From positions 102,548,001 through 102,612,000 of the forward strand of contig OX597815.1 of the NCBI GenBank assembly GCA_951406725.2: a DNA stretch of 64,000 nucleotides, in the 5' to 3' direction. The notes beneath the pieces were generated by a model. That model saw only the letters and a program-made list of their open reading frames with translations. It did no database searches and was not told the origin of the DNA. Position 1 is the first letter of the stretch. The number at the start of each line of letters is the position of its first letter. Positions 41,142 through 54,419 of the stretch are shown in pieces. The stretch is from Octopus vulgaris (taxonomy: Eukaryota). Both the position numbers and the translations under genes were made by a program.

Positions 41142-41771
41142 AAAATTGGGACCAGAACTTAAAAAAATATATTACGATTTCTTAAAACATCCAGTAAGCA
41201 AAACAAAATAAAAGCAATCCACTTTGAAACTAGAGAGAAATCTCATCTATGGGAGGATCAGGCCACACCCACGAGTCCAGCCATTTTACGTTGCTATCAC
41301 CTGCAAACTGACGTCACCAAATTCACTTACAAGTATATTCAAGATGAGGCGATCTGTGAAGTCTCCCCCATCCTGTGGTGTATTGTCTGTTAACCCTCCA
41401 CAGACTTATGGTTTTTTCCAGTATTCTATGTTCGATAGAATAGTTTCGATCTACTCCCTCACAAGCAAAACATCCATTCCTCTCTCCCCACACCATTTTG
41501 TGCCGTTTTATTAGCTTCCTTTCTTAGGACTTTCTCCTTTCTTAGCTTCTTTCTTAGGACTTCAATAATCTTATTTCCCTTTAGTCTGTGTTAATGTCAT
41601 GCTACTTCTTTTTCTCTTGTTCTATCCAACAGTTTCCCAACTTAATCCAGGATTTATCTTTTCTTTATCATCGCAGGCTGTTGTGCCGGAACTTCTGAGC
41701 ATAGTTTCTGGCTTGGTTTCCTGCTGTCTCCGTTTCTCTGTCTCTCTCTCCCCCTCTTTCTTAATTTGCGT

Positions 41772-41847
<76 letters not shown>

Positions 41848-42906
41848 GCACACGTACATACACGCTCAAACACATATATACACACATATATATATATATA
41901 TAAATCAAATGTTATTCTCAACGGAATAGCAAAAAACTGTATTGAAAATTTATATAAACACACGTTCAGTAAGACCGCCTTTATGGAGAGAGGGAATGCA
42001 TATGGTAACATTTGCGCCATCAACAAAATAGAACATAGAGTTAAACCGCCAGTCCAACTTGTCCGAGACGCATCTGTCCATAAACTAGTCGCCCAATATT
42101 TGGGAACAACAAATTACAGTGTAACCATCACGGATATTGGTAATTACGTCGACTCCTAACTTGTACACATTTTCGTGGTGCATTATGGACACGCGTATCA
42201 GTTCTGATGAACATTGTCTCCCAGCCCAATCACATATTGACAAAAGTTATTAATGAAAAATACCTCCTTTTCTTCAGCCTACATCAGGCTCGAAAATGGT
42301 GGTAAAATCTCTCAATTCCAATTCAGCGTCAAAGTCCAAGCTTTTGAGCTGGGTTTCAAAATATTGAAAGTTTTGGTCGGTAATCTATCCCTTAACGAAT
42401 GGACTTTCCATTTTAGTGCATTTGCCGATGGCCTAATGTCTTCAGCATTTAGCAGAAATGTCACTACCAAGATAGCATTTATTTGTGTTGCTTCAAAATC
42501 TGTAAAGTGTCCTTTTTGCTGTTTACGGACAGTATTGGAACTATTTCGTGCATGGGGGTGCGGTGCAGTAGGGGAATGAATGTTTTATCCAGAATGCTTC
42601 CCTGGATTTCTTTTGCGATATAGCAAAGAACAAAAAGAAAAGAAAAACAAGAAAATAGATTCTCTTTGACAGGGAACATATGGCATCTGGGGTCACTGTG
42701 GTCACTGTGGTTGGTGTTTCATGATCAGATGTATTCACGATTGTTCCCTCTGAATGTTTTGCTATTTCCTGATTTGTGTGAATGAAACGAACCAGCACTA
42801 CTGTAACAAGGGTTTGTGTTATGATCACGTTTGACATATATTTAAGAAAGGGTAAGTATTGACATAATTTTTGAGGAAGTTATGGTTGTAATTAATAATC
42901 TGTTTT

Positions 42907-43281
42907 TCAATTCAATTCAATTCAATTTTTATTGGCTCAAAAAGCAAAAGCAAGGCAATGTAGGGGGACAGGGAGTTATGTACAGGGAGAGTGGTCATAA
43001 AAGAGTTCAGGCCATTTCTGGTCAAGAGAGACTTTGAACCGAGCAGTCGTCGGCATCTTCACTATCTCGCCTGGCAGCTTATTCCACGGATCCGCAACCC
43101 GGACGGAGAAAGCCCCTCTCCTTCGATTGAGATGAAATCATCGTAGATAGAGTTTTTTCGGAGTGACCCCGCAGACTACGCTCTGGAGCAGGAGTGAAAA
43201 ACTGCTCTTTCGAGATGTTACACTTTCCGCTTATGTTGTTGTGAGCGAGAATGAGATCAGTACGGCGTCGTCGTTTTAAAA
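42907..43281 (-). mobile_element. CR1-clade LINE 3' end (5'-truncated)
   Basis: LKRRRRTDLILAHN...LRGHSEKL...RRGAFSVRVADPWNKLPGEIV....RFKVSLD, short 3' UTR, (aattg)n tail at 42908-42926. Confidence 0.9.
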
Positions 43282-43425
43282 GTGCACAACTAATAACTGG
43301 GAGGTAGGTAAAGGGACAGTTAGGTTTTAAGCATGTTCTCTCACGGAAGGACTTTCAGTAGATTTGAGTATTCCACTTGTATGGGTATAATGTACAGTAA
43401 CTGCATGATTATTGATGTTCCTGAG

Positions 43426-43814
43426 GGTGGAAGCGCAATGGCCCAGTGGTTAGGGCAGCGGACTCGCGGTCATAGGATCGCGGTTTCGATTCCCAGACCG
43501 GGCGTTGTGAGTGTTTATTGAGCAAAAACACCTAAAGCTCCACGAGGCTCCGGCAGGGGATGGTGGTGATCCCTGCTGTACTCTTTCACCACAACTTTCT
43601 CTCACTCTTACTTCCTGTTTCTGTTGTACCTGTATTTCAAAGGGCCGGCCTTGTCACTCTCTGTGTCACGCTGAATATACCCGAGAACTACGTTAAGGGT
43701 ACACGTGTCTGTGGAGTGCTCAGCCACTTACATGTTAATTTTACGAGCAGGCTGTTCCGTTGATTCGGATCAATCGGAACCCTCGTCGTCGTAACCGACG
43801 GAGTGCTTCCATCC
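43426..43814 (+). mobile_element. Full-length tRNA-derived SINE with 15 bp TSD
   Basis: A-box tggcccagtgg, B-box ggtttcgattcc. TSD attgatgttcctgag (43411-43425) / attgatgctcctgag (43815-43829). Confidence 0.92.
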
Positions 43815-44249
43815 ATTGATGCTCCTGAGATGATTGATTTGGGCAATTCTGTCGTAGAGATGGGAAGATTGTAAGTTAGGGATGACGTCATGGCTTCTGC
43901 GCTGATTGGATTTAGTAAGTCTGTGGTGTTAGCAAATGTACTGTCAGATTGCCACGTAGACGAAATGACTTCCGTTTTGCTGATGTATGCAAATAATAAT
44001 ACCAGCAGTATATTAGCAGTAGATGATAATGATAATGGCGATAATGACGACGACGACGACGACGATTGAGACATGTATATTGCAGTGACTCCCAAACTTC
44101 CATTAGCACGGATTCTTTGTATTTGAATGAAATGTCAAACACTTAGGATTTTAAAAGATCTGTTTAATCAATATACTGATTTTATTAATTAGCAACAAAC
44201 TTGTATCCCAAGTTTCATCACTCGAGTGGAAGATATATGTAATTAAAAA

Positions 44250-46050
44250 ATGACTTGATTACTGATGCTGCTTGTTGATACTATGTTATGCATTTCGGGT
44301 TCAATGGTGTTCAGTTTTAAGCGGAGATCAGTTTCCACATTCATCCTGCGTATGTGCGTGGATTTTGTGTAATATAGCTAGGAATGACATTAGAACTTTC
44401 AGTACTCTGAATACCAATACAGAGTACTTATTTGCCACATGTAACCAAAAGCCTGCTAAAACATACTGCATGAAACTTTACATAAGTGAGGTGCCACACG
44501 AAAGTCGAACAAAACTATTTTCTTCACTTGAAGCTAAATGTTCTAAGTTTTCACAATTACATGAAATGGATCCTTAATTCAATTGCCATTGATATCTGGA
44601 AGAATAAAATAATCATAATCATAGCTTTCACCTTATCTTCAACTTCAAAATCGTTACGGACATCCCTCGGAGGTTCAAATTTCGCTCAAATACGGAAAAA
44701 CATGACATGCATATCACAATAGTTAGCCACGAAAATCTGTTGAACCACTTGCTCTGAAGGGAATATTATTTTTATCACTTAACGAAAATAACGAGAAAGA
44801 CAATACACTGGACAATATGACCCTGACCTAGTGCAAATTTAAAGAATGGGTTTCTTTCCTTCTGTTTTTAACTTTTTACTTGTCTCAGTTATCAGACTAC
44901 GACCATTCTGTGGCACCGCCTTGAAACATTTTTAGTTGAATGTACCAACCCTAGCACTTGTTTTTTAAAAGCCTAATACTTATTCTATCTATACACAACA
45001 GGCTTCTTTCAATTTCTGTCTTACAAATCCCATCATAAGGCTTTGGTTGGTCCATGGGTACAGTAGAAGACACTTGCCGAAGGTGCCACGCAGTGGGACT
45101 GAACCCTGAACTATGTGTTTGGGAATCAAGCTGGACACTTTACAGCCACGCCTGTTTATATACGATTAACTATTTTCTCCTCTGGTGTCACTTTCAATTT
45201 CCTAACATGTTTCATGCTGCTAATGCTTCTCTGTGCATGCAGCAATATATGCATTTGACATTTAGCATTATACTTTGAACATTTTCCTTGAGCCCTCGGT
45301 ATATTCCTGACATTATAGGAGCTCCATCCGTGATGCCTTCTATGGCTTTTGACCGTTTAATTTCATTTACTGAAAGAAAATCGTTTAAACTATTAAAAAT
45401 AGACTTGCCATTTGTATGCGTAGTCAATGAGTGGCAAAACAAGAAATCTTTATTAATCATACCATTAATTTCATACAGTATGAATGAAAGCGAATCGGCG
45501 CAGTTAGAAATATCTGTACTCTCATCTAATTGTAAGGAATGATATTCATTAATTGACATTTTATGCTTTCAGATATGTCTTCTATCCTCCTCCTGACAGC
45601 GTTGTTTGACAATGGACTCGTACCATAATTCCTTGTTATTTTGTCTCCACATATTCGAAAGGCAGTTACTTTGGTATCAGGCAGAATTAACTTCTCCATT
45701 ATTGTGTGTTTGGTTCCCGACACTTTTCTATTAAAAGAGATACTTCATACGATCCATATATAGTATTTTTATTATCACAGCCAATTACTATCTTTTTCAT
45801 TTGACTTATGTCGTAAAATTAGTTTTTGTTTTTGAAAATATCCAACAGGTTTTCATATTTTCTTTATGCTTCGTTTCTAAATGCCAGTAAAGTTTGCCTG
45901 TCTTCATGTTTTCATTAGACAATATTTCATAATAGAGAATACACTGTGGCTTCTCTCCACCTTCCTAGCAGCTCTATATAAATCCCATACCTATGTAAAC
46001 GTAACAATATTTACGAGCTTTCCGTTTTGAAAAATGAGTTAGTAATAAAA
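44250..46050 (-). mobile_element. hAT (Buster/Charlie-type) transposase fossil, interrupted by a SINE at 44860-45155
   Basis: PLSNNAVRRRIEDIS; SLQLDESTDIS; DFLFC; TDGAPIMSG; CCMHREALAA. C-terminal FWLHVANKY...VETDLRLKL..IEP at ~44270-44560; BED-like PQCILYYEILSNENMK at ~45900-45955. Confidence 0.9.
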
Positions 46051-46490
46051 CACGTTGCATCTTTGCCTGGGTTTTCACTCTTTCATTGATTCAATGTTTC
46101 CGGGTTTTAAATATCAATCCATAATTACCAGCGAATCATAGTAAGATATATAAGAATATTTTTCAATGATGCATTTTATACTGCTATGAAGAGAATAATT
46201 TACGAAGATGCATATAATACATAGAGTTTATCCAAACTAGTTGTGTTCAAATGTAATGGTGTAAATTAATGCCAGTCAAAAAATTTTGTGTCGCATTCAA
46301 ACATGGCCCTTTACATTAATGCTGCTAATAGTTACTTTCTGGTTGACCCTGCCCAATCATAATATAAAGTATTCATGTCAATAGTTAGGAAGCTTCCTAT
46401 AGTATTAATACAGCAGAGTATTAAAATTTAAGCATCAAGCATAAAAGCAGTCACTATATATTTGGAAAGCTTTTTATCATGTAGTGAAGC

Positions 46491-46909
46491 CAGCGCTGCA
46501 TTAACCATTAAGAAAAATAAGCACGTGCTCAGAGCATCAAGGGAAGTGGGGCACCACAGAAATGGTAAATAGTTTACAGCACGAAAGAAATCACTTTACG
46601 CTTGTTAAAATGATATTCGGTGTGTCATCTCTACTAAATATAGAAGCAGATGTGTTACGCGAGATTAATTTTCAGGAGTTGATCAAAGACTACAATTAAA
46701 AGAAGTGAGAGAAAACTTTCCAAATATAAGTAAAATGGAAGTATACAAAAATAAACATTATTTTCCATCTTACCGTTAGTTTTGATTCATTTTCAAAAAT
46801 GAAAATTTATACTATGTTTTATTATTGTTTATATTTTGAATTTCATATATATTAGGGGGCAACAAAATCTTATAGGCATAGGGCCTCTATGGGTCTTAAT
46901 CCGGCTCTG
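46491..46909. mobile_element. Non-autonomous hAT-type MITE
   Basis: Imperfect TIR cagcgctgcattaa / ttaatccggctctg. The 8 bp flanks agtgaagc and agggtagc match at 6/8, consistent with a hAT TSD. Confidence 0.7.
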
Positions 46910-47039
46910 AGGGTAGCTGTGATGACTTCATATTGGATGTGTATAAAGTCCCAGGAAATTATTTTATCAGTCTTATAGTGGCGAATTATACATTCTGTAG
47001 CGCAGCCTAGTGAAATTTTGAGCACAGGTCACGGGCCAC

Positions 47040-47400
47040 TATCATTGCCTTTTTCTGCGGATGTAGGCGGAGCTTGGAGTGCGAACTATGGTATATAGAT
47101 TCAGTTGGCATGGAAGTGGATGCCTCAGTTAAAGATTGGAGAGAATGTGCGTGTATAAGCCGTGGAGGAATGGCCAGCCCTAAGGTAAGAAAATCGAGAT
47201 AAGTAAAGATTGTGGTTTCTCTTGTTTATTTTGTTGTTGCTGTGCCAGTAAAAATATTCAATGGAGTTTTCCCAAAGATTTGTAATAAGGTGTGAGGATC
47301 TGGGGATATGTGTTATGTCTGTTTTCAGATTTCCTTGTTGTACCATTATTGAAACGCGGGACAGTGTTAATAGTTATTTTATTGAGACATAATACATGTG
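47040..47400 (-). mobile_element. Old LINE C-terminal remnant (I/Ingi-group-like)
   Basis: LSRFSYLRAGHSSTAYTRTFSP resembles the 'RLRTGH' motif that precedes the C-terminal zinc knuckle. Confidence 0.4.
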
Positions 47401-47748
47401 TACCCTTGCCGAACTAAGAATTGCCTAGTGTATCGATCTCACTCTCTAAATAACTGTGTTCATTAAAGACATAAGATTTGTTCATTGTGGTGTAGGGTTT
47501 TGAATAAATATTAGGAAGCGTCACATTTTTTCACTTTCTCTGTTTACTTCAATTGTATTTCTATATGAGCATATAAATGTATGTATGAAGGAATGTATAC
47601 ATATATGTGTGTGTGTGTGTGTGTGTGCATGCATGTCTGTGCGCGTGTGTGTATGTGTGCATGCATGTCTGTGCGCGTGTGTGTATGTGTGTGTGTGTGT
47701 ATGTATGTATATGTAATTATGTATATATGTATGTATATATATGTAAAT

Positions 47749-47783
<35 letters not shown>

Positions 47784-48226
47784 CAGAGGGAGAGAGCGAG
47801 TTAGATAGATTTTTAGATTGTTAGAGAGACAATTAGGGAAATGGATTAGATACATATACACATATAAGATAAATGAACTGTTTTCTGTTTAATTTTTTTT
47901 TTCATGTGCTTCTCAATATAAGTGACGATGTATTTTCATATTTGTACATCAATGTAGCACGTTTCTGTATGTGGATATGGAAGTAAGTGTATACGTCTAA
48001 GAGTGCTTCCTTTATATGAACCCCAATCTCTTAATTTGATACGGTGAGACATGTTTGAATGTGTCCAACATATGTGCATATTATCTACTGTTATGAGCGT
48101 TTGTGTGAGTGTATATCTACGTATGTACGACTCCCTCTGTTTCACTATATATATATATATATATGAATGCGTCTGCATTGCTTTTCTTTGAATGCGGTAG
48201 TGTCTGTAGTTGTATATGCGTGCGCG

Positions 48227-48273
<47 letters not shown>

Positions 48274-49039
48274 GTGTGTGTTTGTGTATGTATGTATGTA
48301 TCTATGTCTGATTGCACGCACTGCGTTTGCTTATGTGTATGAATATATGTGTGTATGACGTATGTGTAAGCGTATGCATATTTCTCCAACTTATTAAAAA
48401 GAGGAATTAAAAACTGGTTTGCTTTTGTGTCATGAAAAACCATGTAAAAGTCAAGAAGTTAACTTTAAAATCATCCTTTAAATTAAAAATTCTTTCTTAT
48501 CTATAAAAAAGAAAAAATAAGCAAACGCGGAGTTCTATTCTATGGATATTTAACAAGTCTATAAATGTCTACTTATTTTTTTTTTCAATTATTATTTTCC
48601 TTTACAAAAGAAGTATATATTTCTTTTTCATCAGTGGTAATGTTTATCATTGTTTCAGGGAAAAATCGATAAGTTTGCAATGAGCGTGTATGCGTGTAAA
48701 GGAGTTAGATTGCGTGTTTACAAAAATTACGATGTATGCTAAAACATATATATATATATATATATATACAGAGGAAAGAGGACAGACTGGGAAGAGAGAA
48801 GGCAAGGAGAAAAGGGATAAATACATAAAATTATGATACGAGCTATATGCATATAAACATATACACACATATATATACATATATACAACATGCATACATA
48901 CATATATGTTACTACTACTACAACTACTACCACTACTACTAATGCTGCTGCTGCTACTACTACTACTACTACTACTACTAAAATAATAATAATAATGATG
49001 ATAATAATAATAATAATAATAATAATAATATTAATAATA

Positions 49040-49156
49040 TGATGCAGTACCAGGCAGTGGCTCTCATGGCTTCTGATCTTAACTGATTGGAAGTGTTATC
49101 ATGTACATTGTTTTGTCTTGGTATAAACTTTGATGGCATGAACTGCTCTCTCACTC

Positions 49157-49158
<2 letters not shown>
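49040..49158 (+). mobile_element. Internally deleted copy of the (TAA)n-associated element
   Basis: 5' ~88 bp (gatgcagtaccaggcagtggctctc...ggtataaa) fused to 3' ~30 bp (ctttgatggcatgaactgctctctcactcaa), inside (taa)n. Confidence 0.88.
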
Positions 49159-49226
<68 letters not shown>

Positions 49227-49808
49227 GCGACAACCACAATGATAATGTGTCTTGATTTAGGCACAAGGCTATTAATTTTGATGGGGACAGATTAGGAGAT
49301 AAAATCAATACCATTACTTGATTGACTCACTATATTCTAATGCTCCATGAAAAATCAAAGGCAACGTTGACCTCAGCGGAAATTGTTCGCAAGCTCTAAA
49401 CTCCCGGAAGAAATACTGATGATTTAACAATTATGGCAGCATGCTACATACATACATACATGCATGCATACATACATACATACATACATACATACATACA
49501 TACATACAACATACATACATAAATACATACATATATTAATCCATACATGCATGCATACATGCATACATGCATACATACATACATACATACATACATACAT
49601 GCATACATACATACATGCATGCATGCATACATACATACATATATACATAGATACACAAACATACACATATACATGCACACATACCTACATACATGCATGA
49701 GCGTCTGTATGCGTGCCTATATGTGTATGTGTGTATGTGTGTGTATGTCTATTATATGTGCATAATACAGATGCATATATATGATATATATATATATATA
49801 TATATATA

Positions 49809-51083
49809 CGCGCGGATGCCCAATAGTAACTGGAAACATTGTTTGTGAGAGAAGCATGTTGTAGTTCAGATTCCCAACACTAGAAGCCACTTGATGCAAC
49901 CCACGCCGTCGTCGAGTGGATTCGTACTGCCACGTTGTGCATCTTTGTTTTGCAGTACTTCTCTCCTGGTTACTGATTTTTGCGATGGCTGAAACGAAGG
50001 GACAGCGTGCATGTGTGGAATTCTGTTTTTTGCTAGGGAAAACGGTGGCCAAAACAGATTTCATGTCTCAAACAGCTTACAAGAACGCTGTCATGAACAA
50101 AAACACAAGTTTATGAATGGTTTTCACACTTTAGGAATGGTCACTTATCGCTTGAAGACCAATCTTATCCAGGACGACCGTCAACCTTCCGAACAAAATG
50201 ATAACATCACGAAAATTCATGAACTTGGAGGACCGTCATCAAACAATTGTCGAACTTGTTGATATCACTGGTGTGTCCTGGAGTTCTTTCCAACGAATTT
50301 TGAGCGAGGAATTGCGAATGAAAAGAATTGCAGCAAAATTCATGCCTCGTTTGCTCACGGAAGATCAAAAACAGTGACGACCGAATGCGTATTGTGAACT
50401 GAAAGAACTATTGGCAGTTGATCCGAACCTTTTTTCGAAGGTCATCACTGGTGACAAAAGCTAGTGCTGCGGCTGCGACTCGGAAATGAAGCAGCAAGCG
50501 TGTCGATGGAAGCATTCAACGTCACCATGCCCACCACATGTGCACCAAGTGAAGTTCAATGTCTAGACGATGCTGATTTGTTTCATCGACGCGAAAGAAC
50601 TTGTCCACACAGTATTTATTCCTCCTGGTCAAGCCGTTACATGGCATACATGTTACCTGGTAGTTCTGAAACATTTGCGAGATACAGCGAGACAAAAACG
50701 CCCCGACCAGCGGCAAAGTGTAGAGTGATGGTGTCATTGCACCTTCACACACTACCTTCAGTGTGAGACAGTTGTTGACTAAAAATTGCATCACCCCGTT
50801 TACCCACCCTCCCTGATCTTGCATCCTACAAATTTTTTTTTGTTCCACCGAACAAAAGAAGTCGCTGAAGGAAAACGTTTGTGGATGTGGAAGAGGAAAA
50901 AGAAAACGATGGATTCATTAAAAGGCATCAATTCGTAAAAGTTCTAGGACAGTGGAAAACGCATCTGGACCGATGCATTGTTCAAAACGGAGAATAGTTT
51001 AAAGGCGATAAAAGTGTAAACATATAAATCTAAGTAAATAAAATAATAATACAAAATTCCGGTTTCTTTTGGTTGCACCTTCG
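49809..51083 (+). mobile_element. Full-length but inactivated mariner element (~1.27 kb)
   Basis: TA-flanked imperfect TIRs (cgcgcggatgcccaatagtaactggaa / ttccggtttcttttggttgcaccttcg). MAETKGQRACVEFCFLLGKT, GRPST, AAKFMPRLLT, VITGDKS, PDLASYKFF. Frameshifts and stops present. Confidence 0.92.
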
Positions 51084-51151
51084 TATATATTTATATAGGT
51101 ATATGCTTGGCTATCTATCTATCTTTCTATCAATCAATCAATCAATCTATC

Positions 51152-51185
<34 letters not shown>

Positions 51186-51251
51186 TGTATGTATGTATCT
51201 ATCTATCTATCTATTTATCCATCTCCGTCTGTCTGTCTGCCTGACTGCTTA

Positions 51252-51299
<48 letters not shown>

Positions 51300-51754
51300 T
51301 ATATTTATATATACACACACACATATGTGGACGTTTGGATGTCTAAGTATTTTTCTAGAAGATGTTGATTCACTTCGTGTGTAGTTCGAGATTTTCTCTT
51401 CGTTTTCTGCAATCGTTAGGCGACAAAAATATGATTCTTTGTCACCCGAGCAGATAAAAATGTGTCGAATAACGCTGTAGTAACACAAGGAAATCAATTA
51501 TGATCTTGGAACGAATAAATTCACTCTACTCTACGTATATTGATAACTTAATTCCTGCTAGTACATGCAGACGTGTATATTTACAAATATACATAATTCA
51601 TACACACACAATAACACACACAAACACGCACACACACTCACACACACACACGTATATATCCGTCGGCTCCTGCTCGTATCCGAACATTGGGTTCGTCAGT
51701 TTCCATTCAGTATCTTTATGTATGTGTGTATGTGTGTGTGAGTGTGTGAGTGTA

Positions 51755-51827
<73 letters not shown>

Positions 51828-51832
51828 GTCTA

Positions 51833-51917
<85 letters not shown>

Positions 51918-51941
51918 ATCTCTCTCTCTCTCCCTCTCTCT

Positions 51942-51987
<46 letters not shown>

Positions 51988-52285
51988 CTATTTTCGAGTG
52001 AACTTTCGTTATTTTTCCATCTATACCTACGTGAATTGTTTTTGAGTATACATTGTATGGGAGACTCTTCTTATAGTAGAGGAAATAGCTAAATTCTTTG
52101 GCTTCTATTTCTAAAAGTTTGGTGTGTGGTAAAGCAATTCTTTTTGCTGAACCCTAATTATATAAAGTAATGTTTAAATATACTGTAAATGCTCCTTTTA
52201 CATACTGAACACTGCTTGGTAAAATTATTAATACTAATTAATTAATTAATTAATTAATTTTACCCTTATTGAATATATATATATG

Positions 52286-52353
<68 letters not shown>

Positions 52354-52356
<3 letters not shown>

Positions 52357-53195
52357 AGAATGCGCACAAAAACCCCAAAAGACGAAGACAGGTGGTGCAG
52401 ACATTAAACAGATGTATTAGTTTAACGCTCGGGAAGTGAAAAAGTCTTTAACTTTTCGAGTGTACGCTCTTCCACAGAAAGGGACACAGAAAGAAACAAG
52501 GAGAGAAAATAAAGAATGTATAGTGGTTAACGATCTCTCATGCCGAATGCCGGACAGAGGGGTCACACAGGAGAGCTAGGAAGAAGGGGAGATAATAAAG
52601 TAGTGGTGATATCAAAACGAAGGTATTCGTGCGTGTGTATAATAGAGCAAGTATGTGCGTGTGGAAGAGGGTTGGTGACCTTGACGTGTGCATGTGTAGG
52701 TGTGTAGATGATGGTGTGGGGCTGGGAGGTGGACAGTGCTAGTGTGTGCGTGGTGGTATGATGTGATGTGGTGTTGTGTGGTATGGTGGTGTATGCTGTA
52801 GTGGTGTGAGGTGCGGTGGTGTCGGGAAATGGGGGAGGTGAGAGTGGGGAAAGCGAGGCTGGGGTGTGGGTTAGGCTGAGTGTGGGAGTTGAGGTGGAGT
52901 ATGTGGGAGAAGGTGTAAGGCATGGGTGGGGGTGGGATGGGATGGATAGTGAAGATGGGGTTGGATTGTGTAGGGGTGGGGTTACGAGGGAGAGTTTACG
53001 ATGGAGGGATATGAGAAGAGAGAAGGTGGGTAGGAATGAAGAGAAGAAGTAGGACTCGGAGCAAAAGAGGCGTGGTGGATGGGGGGAAGTAGGTGTGAGA
53101 GGAAGAGAAGAGAGGGGAGGAGAGTTGAGCCCATGTTGTGCAAATGAGCGAAGAGAGAAGATTAATCCTTGTTCCCGGCGAAGACGGGAGTCCAG
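52354..53195 (-). mobile_element. Penelope-like element 3' end (GIY-YIG C-terminus, C-rich UTR, degenerate hammerhead)
   Basis: SRLRREQGLIFSLRSFAQHGLN matches the R..E..I..L....P.GLN end of PLE endonucleases. tggaaGAGcgtacaCTC-GAAA at 52474-52454. Terminates in (TA)n. Confidence 0.75.
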
Positions 53196-53840
53196 AAGTA
53201 CAATCCAAACACAGACAGGTGTTGCAAAGATTGACCGGTAATAAAAAGGAGTACTGGTGGAATGTCCCAGTAAAAATCTCAATAAAATGTACGCAGAGCA
53301 GAGCTGATATAATGATTTGGGATAGAGAAGAGAAACTGTGTTCACTTGTTGAAATTATCTGCCCTGCGGATAATTATATAAAAAGACAATACTTACGCTG
53401 AACTATTGAGAAATTTGCAGTTACTGAATCCAGAATACAAATTCAGGTTTATACCTGTAATTATTATTATTTATACCTGTAATTACTGCTTAAATACCAA
53501 TCTTGAGAAATTAGGCTTCTGAAAACCAGAAAGGAGAAAGCTGATTCTATAATTACAGATCCAAGCCATCACTGGTGCTGTAAAAATCTGTAAAAGTTTC
53601 TAGATATGCAACTATATGCATGAGAATACATACATAAAACAAAACATACAAATCTGTACGTATACATACATACATACATACATACATACAAAAATACCCT
53701 GTTGATGTTGAAATTCCAATGAAGGAGCCTTGGATATAAGTTAGAAACCGGCTCTTTCTCTATAGGAAAGAAATCTTGAAATAAAACTGAATAATGACAT
53801 ACATACATACATAATACATACATACATACATACATACATA
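53196..53840 (+). mobile_element. RLE LINE 3' end associated with (TACA)n
   Basis: KEYWWNVPVK..KCTQSRADIMIWDREEKLCSLVEIICP (RPD..D/E endonuclease core). 3' UTR ends in (acat)n. Confidence 0.8.
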
Positions 53841-53859
53841 CTTACCGTAAGCTAGAGGA

Positions 53860-54290
53860 TAACAACATTATTGAGAGGATGAGTAGCCCCTCCTGAATCT
53901 ATGGTACATACATTATATTCCATCTGCTAAATACCCGATAAAGAAGCGAGATAAATGTACAACCTACCCTCCATGCTGTGATAGAAAATGCAGGTTCTGC
54001 TATACCAGTGTGCATCATACCACCTACATCATCACCAGTTGCCCCAAAACATCTGCGAGATACTACTTGCCACTGATGCATTATATTGTTGCAAAGGCTA
54101 GTTGCAAAGGCATATAGTAGTAAAAGATTCTCAACCTGAGATTCATTTGGTAAATAGATGCATACATCCAAGTGTGTGTATCGAAAGCTCAACAAGTATA
54201 GCAACTCCTCTACGTAATTACAATCACCAAGTATTCTCTTGACTTGTGTAGATATAGATTTAAGTGATATAAGCGGATCTCATTAGCGTT
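53860..54290 (+). mobile_element. RLE LINE CCHC-finger fragment
   Basis: Manual translation CDRKCRFCYTSVHHTTYIITSCPKTSARYYLPLMHYIVAKA. Confidence 0.65.
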
Positions 54291-54419
54291 AAAAATAGAG
54301 AAGACAAGCAAGAGAAAAATAAGACTAAATCTGGAGAAAAATCAAATATAATATAAAACACCGGGAATAAAGAAATAAATTTATTAAATAATTAAATACA
54401 GTAACATTTTTTTCTGCTG

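Larger units (their letters stand above)
41910..44140 (-). pseudogene. Putative pseudogene: hydrophobic leader + Ser/Thr-rich stalk + C-type-lectin-like domain(s)
   Basis: ILLVLLFAYIS, then an S/T-rich run (43815-44095) that continues at 43285-43410 and 42680-42900. In-frame past stops: YCP*TAKRTLYRF*SNTNKCYLGSD...AIGKCTKMES...LELRD...VG*. After a frameshift: RKCVQVRSRRNYQYP*WLHCNLLFP (42095-42175). Confidence 0.55.

Noticed and set aside
52563-53345. 260 aa Pro/Thr/His-rich ORF as a mucin gene
   Set aside because: Chimera of antisense LINE sequence, the GIY-YIG tail and a low-complexity PLE UTR.
53713-53760. ccaatgaaggagcc...ttagaaaccgg hammerhead-like string in a LINE 3' UTR
   Set aside because: Lacks CUGANGA and stem I; more likely an ordinary 3' UTR hairpin.
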